DNA of 64,000 nucleotides from Chitinophagales bacterium. Lineage in GTDB: Bacteria; Bacteroidota; Bacteroidia; Chitinophagales; JADJOU01. The notes below the pieces were generated by a model. That model saw only the letters and a program-made list of their open reading frames with translations. It did not search any database and had not been told where the DNA came from. The stretch is taken from the NCBI GenBank assembly GCA_030832185.1, contig JAURJQ010000018.1, positions 14,027 through 78,026 of the forward strand, given 5' to 3'. This document shows, in pieces, positions 9,428 to 19,749 of this stretch. A program made the position numbers and the translations under genes. Each line of letters opens with the position of its first letter. Within the stretch, counting starts at the first letter, position 1.

Positions 9428-10807
9428 TTATTGTATTCTAATTTCACTAGAGAAGACGTCGAACTCTTTCTCTTTTTCTAATAAATAAGTGCGCTTTTCG
9501 GTGTCTTTAACCAATTCTATAATTGGATTAGTGCCTTCACTCATTTTTTCAAATTTAGCTTCCTGATGATAGTGGTCTCCAGTGATAGGGGCTGCCATCC
9601 AGTCTGTATTTCGTTTGACATATCGCATATTATCATCTACAAACATAAACTGATTATAGCGATATTGATCTCTAGTGACCCCTCTGTGCTTGTACCAGAA
9701 ACTCTGAGTAAGGGGAAAACTATAGTCGGAGTTTTTAAATAAAGTCGTCGTCTGCTCTTCACCTATAGCTTCTAAAAGACTGTGAAACATATATCGGCTA
9801 CTAATTGGTTGGTTTATGGTCTTAGCTGCATTTCCACCTGGTGGCAGCCAAAATAGAGGTACTCGATTTCCGCCATCATTCACATTGGAGAAATGATAAT
9901 ACCAATCTTGTTCGCCAAAATTATCTCCATGATCTGCACAAAAAACAACTAGGCTATTTTTATCTTGGTGAATAGTTTCTACGAATTGATTTAAATCATT
10001 TTTGATAATCTGGTAGCTGGTCATCTGCCGCTGGTAGATTAAGTCAGCATACTTTTGATTGATAACGGGTTTATCGTTAATAAGAAAATTCTGATTGACT
10101 ATTTTGAAAAGAGTTATGCTTTCCATCGTCTTTTCCCATAAGTTCTTGCCTGTTAAACCGAAGGTATCCGCTACGTGATATGGAAAATGGGTTTCCATAA
10201 GATTAATAAAGAAAAAGCAAGGTTGATTATGTTTGTCGTTTTCTTCTATAAGCTGCAGTACCTTGGCGAAATTATCTCTATGTGTATTCTGTCCCCAGCA
10301 GGTCGCTACCTGCAGGTCTTCACTCAATTTGTCACTGATGACATCTTTTGAAAAGAGCATTTTACGCACTCTAGGCTTACCGATAGATAATAAAAGACGC
10401 ATGGTCTTTTTCAATTTTGGGGTCACCAATTTCCATACCTTGTGTACTTCATCAAAACCTCTATCTAACCCAAATATATCGGTAGTGACTGGATTGGCTG
10501 TCACTTGTATAGTCTTATAACCCCTTTCTTTCATTTTCTCAGCTAAAGTAGGTATATCACTGCGCAATCTTCGGGTATGGGTATCAGCTCTGTGCTCATG
10601 CACATTGAGCCCAGTAAACATGCATGATGTGGCAGGAAGTGTCCAGCAGGCAGAGGATCTGGCTTGAGTAAATTGTACTCCGTGACGCTCTATATAAGGC
10701 ATGTCTACTCCGTTCTGATATACAGCATCTTTTCGCAGACTATCTGCTACTATGAGAAAAATATGTCTAGGCTTTTCCAAAAGTTGAAATTCATGGCAAA
10801 TGTACAT
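9428..10807 (-). CDS. Sulfatase-like / alkaline-phosphatase-superfamily hydrolase or transferase
   Basis: IVADSLRKD, CWTLPATSCMFTG, ETHFPY, ADHGD and RVPLFW metal/active-site motifs; canonical CxPxR is absent. Confidence 0.8.
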   Translation of the reverse strand: MYICHEFQLLEKPRHIFLIVADSLRKDAVYQNGVDMPYIERHGVQFTQARSSACWTLPATSCMFTGLNVHEHRADTHTRRLRSDIPTLAEKMKERGYKTIQVTANPVTTDIFGLDRGFDEVHKVWKLVTPKLKKTMRLLLSIGKPRVRKMLFSKDVISDKLSEDLQVATCWGQNTHRDNFAKVLQLIEENDKHNQPCFFFINLMETHFPYHVADTFGLTGKNLWEKTMESITLFKIVNQNFLINDKPVINQKYADLIYQRQMTSYQIIKNDLNQFVETIHQDKNSLVVFCADHGDNFGEQDWYYHFSNVNDGGNRVPLFWLPPGGNAAKTINQPISSRYMFHSLLEAIGEEQTTTLFKNSDYSFPLTQSFWYKHRGVTRDQYRYNQFMFVDDNMRYVKRNTDWMAAPITGDHYHQEAKFEKMSEGTNPIIELVKDTEKRTYLLEKEKEFDVFSSEIRIQ

Positions 10808-11017
10808 TAAAAAATTTATTTAGAAATTTCCACACAAACTAAATAGGTGTAATACCTAATTCACATTGGCTAAGTAGTCAATTATTAAGCTCTATATCGC
10901 ACAATATGCGCTATGTCATTAGCGTTAAAGAAACCTAGTATTTAACAGAATCTATATTTCAATAAACCCAGAAGAGTCATAAATTTATAAAATGAGGCAT
11001 TTTAAGTATGGTTACTA

Positions 11018-11025
11018 TAAATTTG
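11018..11025 (+). promoter_or_regulatory. -7 promoter element TAAATTTG
   Basis: TAnnTTTG match 22 nt before the ATG at 11048. Confidence 0.55.
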
Positions 11026-11047
11026 TTGAGTTTTTACCATATTGCGC

Positions 11048-13492
11048 ATGAAGTATATTTTATTAATCCTTTTTTCTGTGTATAGCATTGATATACTTGG
11101 AAATAAATTACAAGAGGTTCCAAAGAAATATTTTGATTTGATTCATACAGAGTTGGATATAGCGCCACTATGGAAAGAACATCAGATGAAAGGACAAGCC
11201 ACCTTAACCTTAGTCCCCTATTTTTATGCACAGAATAAACTCATTCTGGATATAAAGTATCTAGAGATACTAAAAGTAGAGTCCAGAGGTGAAGATTCAA
11301 AGCCTTTAAAATATAGCTTTACTAAATCCAAATTAGAAATAGATCTAGGTAAATACTACACAAAAGTAGATACTATAAAAGTATGGATAAGTTATATTGC
11401 TCATCCCGATAGTATTGTGGATTCTGACGGGGCAGCTATAAAGGATGAGAAAGGACTTTATTTCATTAATACAGATAATAAGCGAAAAAATGTGCCGACG
11501 CATCTTTGGACTCAAGGCGAGACTCATTCTAACTCTAGTTGGTTTCCTACACTAGATCATCCATCAGAAAAGCATACTCAATCACTAAAGGTAACCTACG
11601 ATTCTAAATATGTTTCTCTATCCAATGGAAAGCTAAAATCTACTAGAGATAATAAGAATGGAACCAAGACGGATCATTGGGTTCAGACTATACCGCACTC
11701 TGTCTATTTGACTGTTCTGGTTATTGGGGACTATACGATAGTGAAAGACGAATGGAGAGGCAAGGAGGTGTCTTACTATATGGAGCCAAGATACAAATCA
11801 TTAGCTCGTCCTATTTTTGGTCGCACTCCAGAGATGATGGAATATTTTTCAAAATTATTAGGTGTCGAATTTCCATGGGATAAGTATTCACAAGTGATAG
11901 TGCATGATTTCACTGCAGGGGCTATGGAGAATACAAGTGCGGTTACGTTTAATACTATGTTTCAAAAAGACGAGAGAGAGCTCCTTGATGAAAACGATGA
12001 TGAGACTGTAGCACATGAACTTTTTCACCATTGGTTTGGCAATATTGTGACCTGTAAAACATGGACTCATTTGACATTGAACGAATCCTTTGCTAATTAC
12101 TCTGAATATTTATGGACGGAATATAAATATGGAAAGGAAGCTGCTGAGTATCATTGGACACAAGATTTATCCCCCTATTTCTCATATAGCAGTGCTAAGA
12201 AAGAGCCACTAATACGTTATTTTTATAAGAAGCCCGATGATATGTTTGATGTGATCTCCTACAACAAAGGGGGGAAAATATTGCATATGCTTAGAAATTA
12301 TTTAGGAGATGAGGCTTTCTTTAAATCATTAAACTTGTATTTGACTAAATTTCGTTTCAAGACGGCGGAATATAGCAATCTACGTCAGTGTTTTGAAGAA
12401 GTTTCTGGGGAAGATTTATATTGGTTTTTCAATCAATGGTATGATAATGGTGGGCATCCTATTCTCAATTCGAGTTATATAAAATCAGCTGATAGCACTA
12501 TTCTCATCGTATCGCAACGCCACAATTTTGATTCTAGCTTAGTCTATAAAATACCTATGGATTTAAATATTTATACAGGTGATATTATTAAGCGACAGCG
12601 AGTTATATTAAATAAAAAATCAGACACCTTCATCATAAGGGAGAAGGATGTGAGAACTATTAGTATAGATGGCACTAATTCCATAGTAGCTGTGAAAAAT
12701 GAATCAAGAGAAGTCAATGATTGGTTATATTTACTTGAAAATTCTAGGAGCTATATAGATCAGGTGAAGGCATTAAAAAAACTAGCGGTGCATAAGGATA
12801 AAGATAAGGTGAAAGATGCTATTTTTAATTTATTGAGTAGTGAACAGAAAAGAATAAAACTGGAAGGGATTAAAGCCATAGATAAAAAATGGTTAAAGCG
12901 CGATGAGAAGTGGAATGATAAATTGAAGTCAATTTTAGAAGAAAATAAATTGGGAATCATAAAATCAGCTGCTATCGACAAACTCAGTGAGAACGAAAAC
13001 CTTGCAGGGTTCGATAGTCTGATTGTACCATTCTTATGTGATTCCTCTTATTTAGTAGAAAACTCCTCTCTTAAGTTTCTGAATACCTTGGATCCAGAAA
13101 AGGCAAAGAGTTATGCTGTGAAAAAAATTTACTGTAAGAGTTATAATATTCTTAATACAGCTTTTGAAATTATAGCACAGTCTAAAAACCCCAAAGATAT
13201 AGTCTATTTTGAAGAGGCAATATCCAAAGCAGAAGGTTATAAGAAACTGGCAATATATAATAATTATGGGACATATATAGCGAGCTTGGACCAAAAATCT
13301 ATTCAAAATTATATCACAAGATTTGAAACTATGATGGGCTCTGAAGACGAGACGGATACCTATTGCAGCAAGTATGCACTGAGAATGTTAAAGACGGAAA
13401 TAGTCAAACGCGAGGATATGGAATCTAAATCGAATGTGGATGAGATCGATAGAATTTTAAAAAAGGATAAAACACAGGAAGGCGAATTCTAA
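11048..13492 (+). CDS. M1 family zinc aminopeptidase with C-terminal HEAT-like repeats
   Basis: Signal peptide, GAMEN exopeptidase motif, HELFHHWFG...LNESFA zinc motif, YNKGG; ATG 11048 preferred over TTG 11042. Confidence 0.92.
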   Translation: MKYILLILFSVYSIDILGNKLQEVPKKYFDLIHTELDIAPLWKEHQMKGQATLTLVPYFYAQNKLILDIKYLEILKVESRGEDSKPLKYSFTKSKLEIDLGKYYTKVDTIKVWISYIAHPDSIVDSDGAAIKDEKGLYFINTDNKRKNVPTHLWTQGETHSNSSWFPTLDHPSEKHTQSLKVTYDSKYVSLSNGKLKSTRDNKNGTKTDHWVQTIPHSVYLTVLVIGDYTIVKDEWRGKEVSYYMEPRYKSLARPIFGRTPEMMEYFSKLLGVEFPWDKYSQVIVHDFTAGAMENTSAVTFNTMFQKDERELLDENDDETVAHELFHHWFGNIVTCKTWTHLTLNESFANYSEYLWTEYKYGKEAAEYHWTQDLSPYFSYSSAKKEPLIRYFYKKPDDMFDVISYNKGGKILHMLRNYLGDEAFFKSLNLYLTKFRFKTAEYSNLRQCFEEVSGEDLYWFFNQWYDNGGHPILNSSYIKSADSTILIVSQRHNFDSSLVYKIPMDLNIYTGDIIKRQRVILNKKSDTFIIREKDVRTISIDGTNSIVAVKNESREVNDWLYLLENSRSYIDQVKALKKLAVHKDKDKVKDAIFNLLSSEQKRIKLEGIKAIDKKWLKRDEKWNDKLKSILEENKLGIIKSAAIDKLSENENLAGFDSLIVPFLCDSSYLVENSSLKFLNTLDPEKAKSYAVKKIYCKSYNILNTAFEIIAQSKNPKDIVYFEEAISKAEGYKKLAIYNNYGTYIASLDQKSIQNYITRFETMMGSEDETDTYCSKYALRMLKTEIVKREDMESKSNVDEIDRILKKDKTQEGEF

Positions 13493-13503
13493 ATAAGTAG
13501 ACT

Positions 13504-14643
13504 ATGATATTATACGATGATTTAGTCATATGGGAAAATTTATTGCCTCTTACATACACGCGCAGCATAGCTGAGTGTAGGATAGGAATTTTGACCATAC
13601 AAGAAAAATGGGCTTATTATTTAGATGAAGAAGTTCAGATAGTTTATGCTATGGATTATCTAAAGTTAGGCGAATTGAGAAATGAAGATAAGCGAGTGGC
13701 ATCTCATATACTTCCAAATAGAAAACTAGCTGATAGTATAAAGAATTTAGGAGAGAACTCTATTCTAGTCTATCAAGGCGAAGAAATTGCATTCAATAAG
13801 GCTTCTTCCAATAGTACTAAGGTAGCCTATCAAGGTGAAATAACATTTATAAAATTCCCGTGGCATTTCTATTTAGAAAATGATGCAGAAATTAGAAAAG
13901 ATTATGATCTCTTAACAGCAGAGCGAACGAGCGCTCATGTGAGTTCTGACATCAAGGTTATAGGAGAGAATATTTTTATAGAACCAAGTGCAAAATTACA
14001 CTGTAGTATTATAAATACGGATAGCGGACCTGTGTATATAGGAAAAAACGCAGAAGTCATGGAGGGGGCTATGATTCGAGGACCTTTCGCACTATGTGAT
14101 AGTGCACAGGTTAAGATGGGCGCTAAAATTTACGGCGCTACTACCATAGGGCCAGGGTGCAAAGTAGGTGGTGAGATAACGAATTCAGTATTTTTTGCTA
14201 ATTCTAACAAAGCGCATGATGGCTATTTGGGAAATTCAGTAATAGGAGAGTGGTGCAATTTAGGAGCAGATACTAATTCATCGAATCTAAAAAACAACTA
14301 TAGCAAAGTAGAGATATTTAATTATCATCAAAAAGCTGTGATAGAAACTGGTCAGCAATTTTTAGGTATGATCATGGGAGACCATTCGAAGTCTGGGATT
14401 AATACCATGTTCAACACCGGAACTGTGGTCGGCGTCTGCTCAAATATAGTAGGAGCCGGATTTCCTAAGAAGCATATTCCATCATTTAGTTGGTCTATAT
14501 CGGAAAAAATCAGACCTTATGATCTAGAGAAAGCCTTCGAAACAATCCATGCAGTCTATGCTAGAAGAAGTAAAATTATAACAGACCGGGAAGTAAGAAT
14601 ATTAAGCCATATTTACAATATAACAATGAATAGTTCAAGCTAA
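13504..14643 (+). CDS. GlmU-like putative sugar nucleotidyltransferase with hexapeptide repeats (Bacteroidota family)
   Basis: LLPLTYTRSIAECRIGILTI N-terminus, left-handed beta-helix repeats, SNKAHDGYLGNSVIGEWCNLGADTNSSNLKN. Confidence 0.85.
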   Translation: MILYDDLVIWENLLPLTYTRSIAECRIGILTIQEKWAYYLDEEVQIVYAMDYLKLGELRNEDKRVASHILPNRKLADSIKNLGENSILVYQGEEIAFNKASSNSTKVAYQGEITFIKFPWHFYLENDAEIRKDYDLLTAERTSAHVSSDIKVIGENIFIEPSAKLHCSIINTDSGPVYIGKNAEVMEGAMIRGPFALCDSAQVKMGAKIYGATTIGPGCKVGGEITNSVFFANSNKAHDGYLGNSVIGEWCNLGADTNSSNLKNNYSKVEIFNYHQKAVIETGQQFLGMIMGDHSKSGINTMFNTGTVVGVCSNIVGAGFPKKHIPSFSWSISEKIRPYDLEKAFETIHAVYARRSKIITDREVRILSHIYNITMNSSS

Positions 14644-14652
14644 TCAATTAGT

Positions 14653-15423
14653 ATGAAAAATAAGAAGATAATAGTAGCTGGGAATTGGAAGATGAATAAA
14701 ACTTATCTAGAGGCCAAGGAATTTATAGCTAAATTGAATCAATTGCCTGACTATACTTCTCAAGTGATTATAGCCGCACCTAGTCTCTATGTAGATACTC
14801 TGTTTATAAATAATCAAAAGGAAAATTTAGCCCTTGCTTTACAAAACTGCAGTGCTTATGAATCTGGAGCTTTTACAGGGGAAATTTCAGCTAGAATGAT
14901 AGCATCGCTTCAATTGAAGTATTGTATTGTAGGCCATTCCGAGAGAAGATCATATTTTGAGGAAACGGATGAAATTATTTCAGATAAAATCGCTCAGTTG
15001 ATTCATTACAATGTGCAACCAATTTTTTGTATTGGAGAAACTTTACAGGAACGAAAAGTAAATGAAACATTCAATGTTATAAGAAAGCAGTTAGTGAGGG
15101 GATTGGAAAAAGTGCCGGTTGAAAAAATTGGTAATATTGTGTTAGCCTATGAACCAGTATGGGCCATTGGCACAGGTATTACAGCTACGAAAGAGCAGGC
15201 AGAAGAGGTTCATAAATTTATTTTTCAGCTTTTGTCAGAAATCTATAACCCTGAGGCCGCAGCTAGAATTCCTATTTTGTATGGAGGTAGTTGTAATGAA
15301 AAGAATGCAGAAGAGTTATTTTATCAACCACATATCTGGGGGGGACTCATAGGTGGTGCAAGTTTAGATGTAAATTCATTTTATAAAATTATTCAAATAG
15401 CTGAAAAAATAAATGGCAAATAG
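14653..15423 (+). CDS. tpiA: Triose-phosphate isomerase
   Basis: AGNWKMN, GHSERR, AYEPVWAIGTG, LIGGASL. Confidence 0.97.
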   Translation: MKNKKIIVAGNWKMNKTYLEAKEFIAKLNQLPDYTSQVIIAAPSLYVDTLFINNQKENLALALQNCSAYESGAFTGEISARMIASLQLKYCIVGHSERRSYFEETDEIISDKIAQLIHYNVQPIFCIGETLQERKVNETFNVIRKQLVRGLEKVPVEKIGNIVLAYEPVWAIGTGITATKEQAEEVHKFIFQLLSEIYNPEAAARIPILYGGSCNEKNAEELFYQPHIWGGLIGGASLDVNSFYKIIQIAEKINGK

Positions 15424-16450
15424 AAAGAATATTTTATGCGTTGTGGGCTCTAGAAATCAGACCACGCAGCTACATGAAATTGCTAAATTTCTAGAAGACG
15501 ATTATAACGTATATTATAGTCAATTATTCGGTGAAGGCATTTTGTATAGAGCAGCTGCGGAGATTGGTTTTTTTGATAATACGGTCTTAGGCAGGGATAG
15601 TTCATTTACAAGATCGTCGCAGGAATATATACGCATGCATAATCTAAACTATGATTACAGAGGAACGACCAAGGGTATAAATTATGACCTAGCCATACTA
15701 TCCACGGATATGATAGTTCCTAAGAGTTTCAAAAAAATCAAGACTGTATGGATTCAAGAAGGTATGATAGACCCTATTAATAAATTCGCTAAATTAGTTA
15801 ATCGATTAGGTTTGCCTCCCTATACTACAGCTAGTACGGCTCTCAATGGTACCACAAACATCGCCGATTTGTATTTTGCTATGTCCCAGGGATATAAAGA
15901 ATATTTCGCAACCTATGGTACTGATGGAAATAAAATATTGGCTACAGGTGTGCCAAATTTCGATCATATTAGCTCGCTTAAAGAAACCACCTATCCTGAG
16001 AGAGATTTTGTCTTAGTAGCGACATCTGATATTAGAGAATTAGGAGGGAATGATGATCGGAGTCATTTAATAAGAAAAGCGTTAGAGATAGCAGATGGTC
16101 GAAAGATTATTTTTAAGCCTCACCCTAACGAAAAAATTCGAAGAGTCATATCAGAAATCTACTCTCTGATTCCCAATGCGACAATTATTACAGACCCAAT
16201 TATTGATACCCTAATCGCGCATTGTGATACACTTATAACCCAGTATTCGTCCTGCGTATACCAAGGATTAGTGCTAGGGAAGACGGTATATAGTTATTTC
16301 CCAATAGAAGAACTAGAGTCTAAAAAGCCCATACAGAATGGTGGCAAAAGTGGTGAAATTATTTCTAAAATAATTCGAGAATATATAGAGTACCAAGGAA
16401 ACAAAAAAGATTTTATTTCTTCATCTTCTGTTGCGCAGAAATACCTGTAA
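15413..16450 (+). CDS. Hypothetical GT-B-fold protein with QEG and KPHP motifs (ulosonic-acid-transferase-like or TagF-like)
   Basis: VWIQEGMIDP, TGVPNFD, IIFKPHPNE and HCDTLITQYSS pattern; overlaps the tpiA stop. Confidence 0.55.
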   Translation: MANRKNILCVVGSRNQTTQLHEIAKFLEDDYNVYYSQLFGEGILYRAAAEIGFFDNTVLGRDSSFTRSSQEYIRMHNLNYDYRGTTKGINYDLAILSTDMIVPKSFKKIKTVWIQEGMIDPINKFAKLVNRLGLPPYTTASTALNGTTNIADLYFAMSQGYKEYFATYGTDGNKILATGVPNFDHISSLKETTYPERDFVLVATSDIRELGGNDDRSHLIRKALEIADGRKIIFKPHPNEKIRRVISEIYSLIPNATIITDPIIDTLIAHCDTLITQYSSCVYQGLVLGKTVYSYFPIEELESKKPIQNGGKSGEIISKIIREYIEYQGNKKDFISSSSVAQKYL

Positions 16451-16489
16451 GAGCGAGGTAGATTCAGTGTATAAAAATAAAAGATATTT

Positions 16490-17284
16490 ATGTCTAAAGT
16501 GATAACTATAGTTCAGGCTCGAATGAGTTCTAGTCGATTGCCAGGAAAGGTGATGAGAACAATATTAGGTCAGCCTATATTGAAGTTGCAACTAGAACGG
16601 ATGTCTTTTTCTAAATGTTGTGGTCAAATAGTCGTAGCCACATCTTTAAATCCATCAGATGACATTATTGAAAAATTCTGTATAGAAAATCAAATAGATG
16701 TTTTTAGAGGAGATGAAAACGACTTATTGGATAGGCATTATCAATGTGCGTTAAAGTACGAAGCTACTACAGTAGCTAAAATACCATCCGATTGTCCACT
16801 AATTGATGCTAGGATTATGGATAAGGTTTTTGAATTTTTCATGGAAAACAATTTGGATTATGTGTCTAATCTTCACCCTGCCACATATCCAGATGGCAAT
16901 GATGTTGAAGTATTCACTATTGAAGCATTAGAAAAAGCCAATAGGGATGCCAAAAAATCTATGGAGAGAGAGCATACGACCCCCTATTTTTGGGAAAATC
17001 CTCATCTTTTTACTATAGGTAATATCTCGTGGGAGAGAAATATAGATTATTCTATGAGTCATCGATTCACCCTTGATTATATTGAAGATTTTAATTTTAT
17101 TTCTAGAATTTATGAAGAACTATATAAGATAAATAGAAACTTTTCACTGGAGGACATATTAATTTTATTAGATGCTAAGCCAGAGATTTATGGTTTAAAT
17201 TCAATTTATGCAGGTGTTAATTGGTATAGAAATCATTTACAAGAGCTCTCTACAATAGCCCCTCATCAAACTAAAAATATTTAA
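16490..17284 (+). CDS. SpsF/KdsB-like cytidylyltransferase
   Basis: IVQARMSSSRLPGKV, VATS, FRGDENDLLDR, KIPSDCPLID, YPDGNDVEVF, REHTTPY, RFTLDYIED. Confidence 0.87.
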   Translation: MSKVITIVQARMSSSRLPGKVMRTILGQPILKLQLERMSFSKCCGQIVVATSLNPSDDIIEKFCIENQIDVFRGDENDLLDRHYQCALKYEATTVAKIPSDCPLIDARIMDKVFEFFMENNLDYVSNLHPATYPDGNDVEVFTIEALEKANRDAKKSMEREHTTPYFWENPHLFTIGNISWERNIDYSMSHRFTLDYIEDFNFISRIYEELYKINRNFSLEDILILLDAKPEIYGLNSIYAGVNWYRNHLQELSTIAPHQTKNI

Positions 17285-17302
17285 GCAGAGGGATTATTAT
17301 AT

Positions 17303-19693
17303 ATGAGTATTCCGAAGGTTTATCTGCAAATACCGCATTACAACAATGCTCAATATTTAGAGGAATGTATAGAAAGTGTTAAGAATCTAGACTATGAGTG
17401 CCTCAAAATATTGCTTATAAACGATGGTTCTACTGATAATACAAAAGAATTATGTAGACATAGTATTAGCTTGATGGGAATCGAAATTATCCATAATGAA
17501 TCAAGACTTGGCCGAGTCGGTAATTACCAGAATGCCTATGCTCAATCAGCTCAGGAAGATTGGCTGATTAATCTAGATAGTGATGATTATTATACTAATA
17601 AGACATGGATTAAGGAAGCCATGAATATAGTCGTCAATCATAGTGAAGACAATATTTGTCACATTCAATCTAATTTTCTATCCAGGATAAGTCAGCCTAT
17701 CAAACCTATAAAATCTTATGGCGATGGTTATTTTTTGATTTCTGGGGTAGAATATTTAAAGCTTTGTATCAAGCATTATGGTTTTTCTCATTTTAGTAGT
17801 ATCTTTAAGATCGATTTGTTAGATAAATTTGGTGCATATATTGATGACTGTATGCATACGGATTTTTTAACTGCGGCGCGTGCAGCTGCTCAGGGCAATG
17901 TGCTCATTGGCTCTAAAGAGATCGGCGTATGGAGAAAGCATGATGGCAATCAATCGGATTTGCGCTATTCTGAGATTGAGTTTGCCAAGAATCAGTTGGC
18001 ATACTATCGTTTTTTCGAATGGGGAGAGGATTTCTTATCTTATGCTGATATTAAGAAAATCATAGAAATATTTGAAAGCCGGGAGCTAGATAGAAAACTT
18101 ATAACTGTCATACAGAATAAAGATATAAAATCAATATCTAAGATTATTAGAATAGCAGACTTTAATGTACTTAAGATTTTCTGGAGCTTGATGCGCCTAT
18201 TTAAAATTAATAGTAAATATGAAAAGCTAAATTATATTTACCATGGTGTTATAACTCGCGGACTATCCGCAATCATTACTCTATTGACATTACCTTTTCT
18301 TCTTTCATATATAGGTGTTGCTGATTATAGCTGGATAGGAATTTTTGCTACTATAACCAGCGCTATATATTTGTTTGATTTTGGGTTGACTAGTTTAATT
18401 ACTAAAGAGATTGCACAGGAACGGATTTTATCTCATGAGAAAACTAAAACTATCATCGCCAGCCAAGAGCTAGTTTATTTGACCATTGGATTCAGTTTAT
18501 TTCTAATATTGTTTTTATTCTCTGATTGGCTTGTCGCTCATTGGCTTTATAATGGAGGAAATTTTTTGCAGTCTGCTAATAAATTTAAAATTCTAGTCTT
18601 AGCTCTAGTTGCCCAGTGGCCGCATTCATTTTACACGGGAGCACTATTCGGACTAGATAAGCAGACTTTATCTAATTATACTCAGCTATTCATTACCTTG
18701 ATTAAAAATACAGGTGTTCTCTTTTTATTTCAATATTTCACACCTAGCATAGAACTGTTTTTTTATTGGCATATTGCTATTTCGCTCCTTACATTAATTG
18801 CTCAAAAGATTTTAATCTATCAGCAAGTGCCTTATATTAATTCGTTTCATTATTTTTCATGGACATACATTCAGCAGTTGTCAAAATTAGCCTTAGGCAT
18901 TTCGTTGATAAGTTTCTTTGCATTTATTTACGGTGATCTTAATAATTTTCTATTGATGCGATGGCTAAATAAAATAGAGTTTGGACACTATTCTATTCTA
19001 TTTAATATAATCATGGCTTATATTATGTATTGTGCTACGGTAAAAAGCGCTTTTTTTCCTGTTATTTCTAAGATAGTAAAAACGAGTCATATTTCTGATA
19101 TTCAGAGGCAGTATTTTAACCATCTAGCTTTCATTAGCTATACACTCACACCGTTTAGTATATATATACTAGTTTTCAGAAAAGAAATTTTAGACTTATG
19201 GCTTCAAGAAGGGATGATAGCTAGTCAATTAAATTCTTCTTTTTCCTGGATTATACTTGGCAGTCTTTGCAATGCACTGATGATAATACCATGGGTTTAT
19301 CTAATAGCGCAGTCCAAAACAAAATTGCTAATTATAGTTACTGGGTTTTTGGCTGCCATATCTCTGCCGTTATTGTATATCTTAGTCAAATTTTATGCTT
19401 TAGAAGGAGCCGCTATGTATTGGTTTAACATCAATTTAATTCCTCTCCCATTTTTAATCTATTGGTTAAATAAAATGTTTAAAATTAGTCAATGGAGCTT
19501 GCTGAGAGATATTATTTTCATTCCAATGGGTATTTCTTTGACTCTTTTATTTTCTACTCATTTGATTTTAGATATGATAAATTTAAGTGCATTTACAGAG
19601 TCAATATTTGGTCTAATTATTTTATTATTTTGCTATGGAAGTATTCTTTTTTATAGATTTATGAACTCAAAGCACAAAATTGAATTGAATTGA
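17303..19693 (+). CDS. GT2 glycosyltransferase fused to Wzx-type oligosaccharide flippase
   Basis: N-terminal IPHYN, INDGSTD and LDSDD GT-A motifs; C-terminal about 490 aa with many TM segments and a Wzx-like start (LPFLLSYIGVADYSWIGIF). Confidence 0.8.
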   Translation: MSIPKVYLQIPHYNNAQYLEECIESVKNLDYECLKILLINDGSTDNTKELCRHSISLMGIEIIHNESRLGRVGNYQNAYAQSAQEDWLINLDSDDYYTNKTWIKEAMNIVVNHSEDNICHIQSNFLSRISQPIKPIKSYGDGYFLISGVEYLKLCIKHYGFSHFSSIFKIDLLDKFGAYIDDCMHTDFLTAARAAAQGNVLIGSKEIGVWRKHDGNQSDLRYSEIEFAKNQLAYYRFFEWGEDFLSYADIKKIIEIFESRELDRKLITVIQNKDIKSISKIIRIADFNVLKIFWSLMRLFKINSKYEKLNYIYHGVITRGLSAIITLLTLPFLLSYIGVADYSWIGIFATITSAIYLFDFGLTSLITKEIAQERILSHEKTKTIIASQELVYLTIGFSLFLILFLFSDWLVAHWLYNGGNFLQSANKFKILVLALVAQWPHSFYTGALFGLDKQTLSNYTQLFITLIKNTGVLFLFQYFTPSIELFFYWHIAISLLTLIAQKILIYQQVPYINSFHYFSWTYIQQLSKLALGISLISFFAFIYGDLNNFLLMRWLNKIEFGHYSILFNIIMAYIMYCATVKSAFFPVISKIVKTSHISDIQRQYFNHLAFISYTLTPFSIYILVFRKEILDLWLQEGMIASQLNSSFSWIILGSLCNALMIIPWVYLIAQSKTKLLIIVTGFLAAISLPLLYILVKFYALEGAAMYWFNINLIPLPFLIYWLNKMFKISQWSLLRDIIFIPMGISLTLLFSTHLILDMINLSAFTESIFGLIILLFCYGSILFYRFMNSKHKIELN

Positions 19694-19749
19694 AACAGAG
19701 AAATTTAGATACAATTATTCAATGGGGCAATTTTGTTCAAAAATGCAAT

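Noticed and set aside
17303-19693. Apparent AT-richness suggesting horizontal acquisition of the GT2-Wzx gene
   Set aside because: Membrane-protein codon bias explains much of it, no flanking repeats or mobility genes were seen, and composition was not computed
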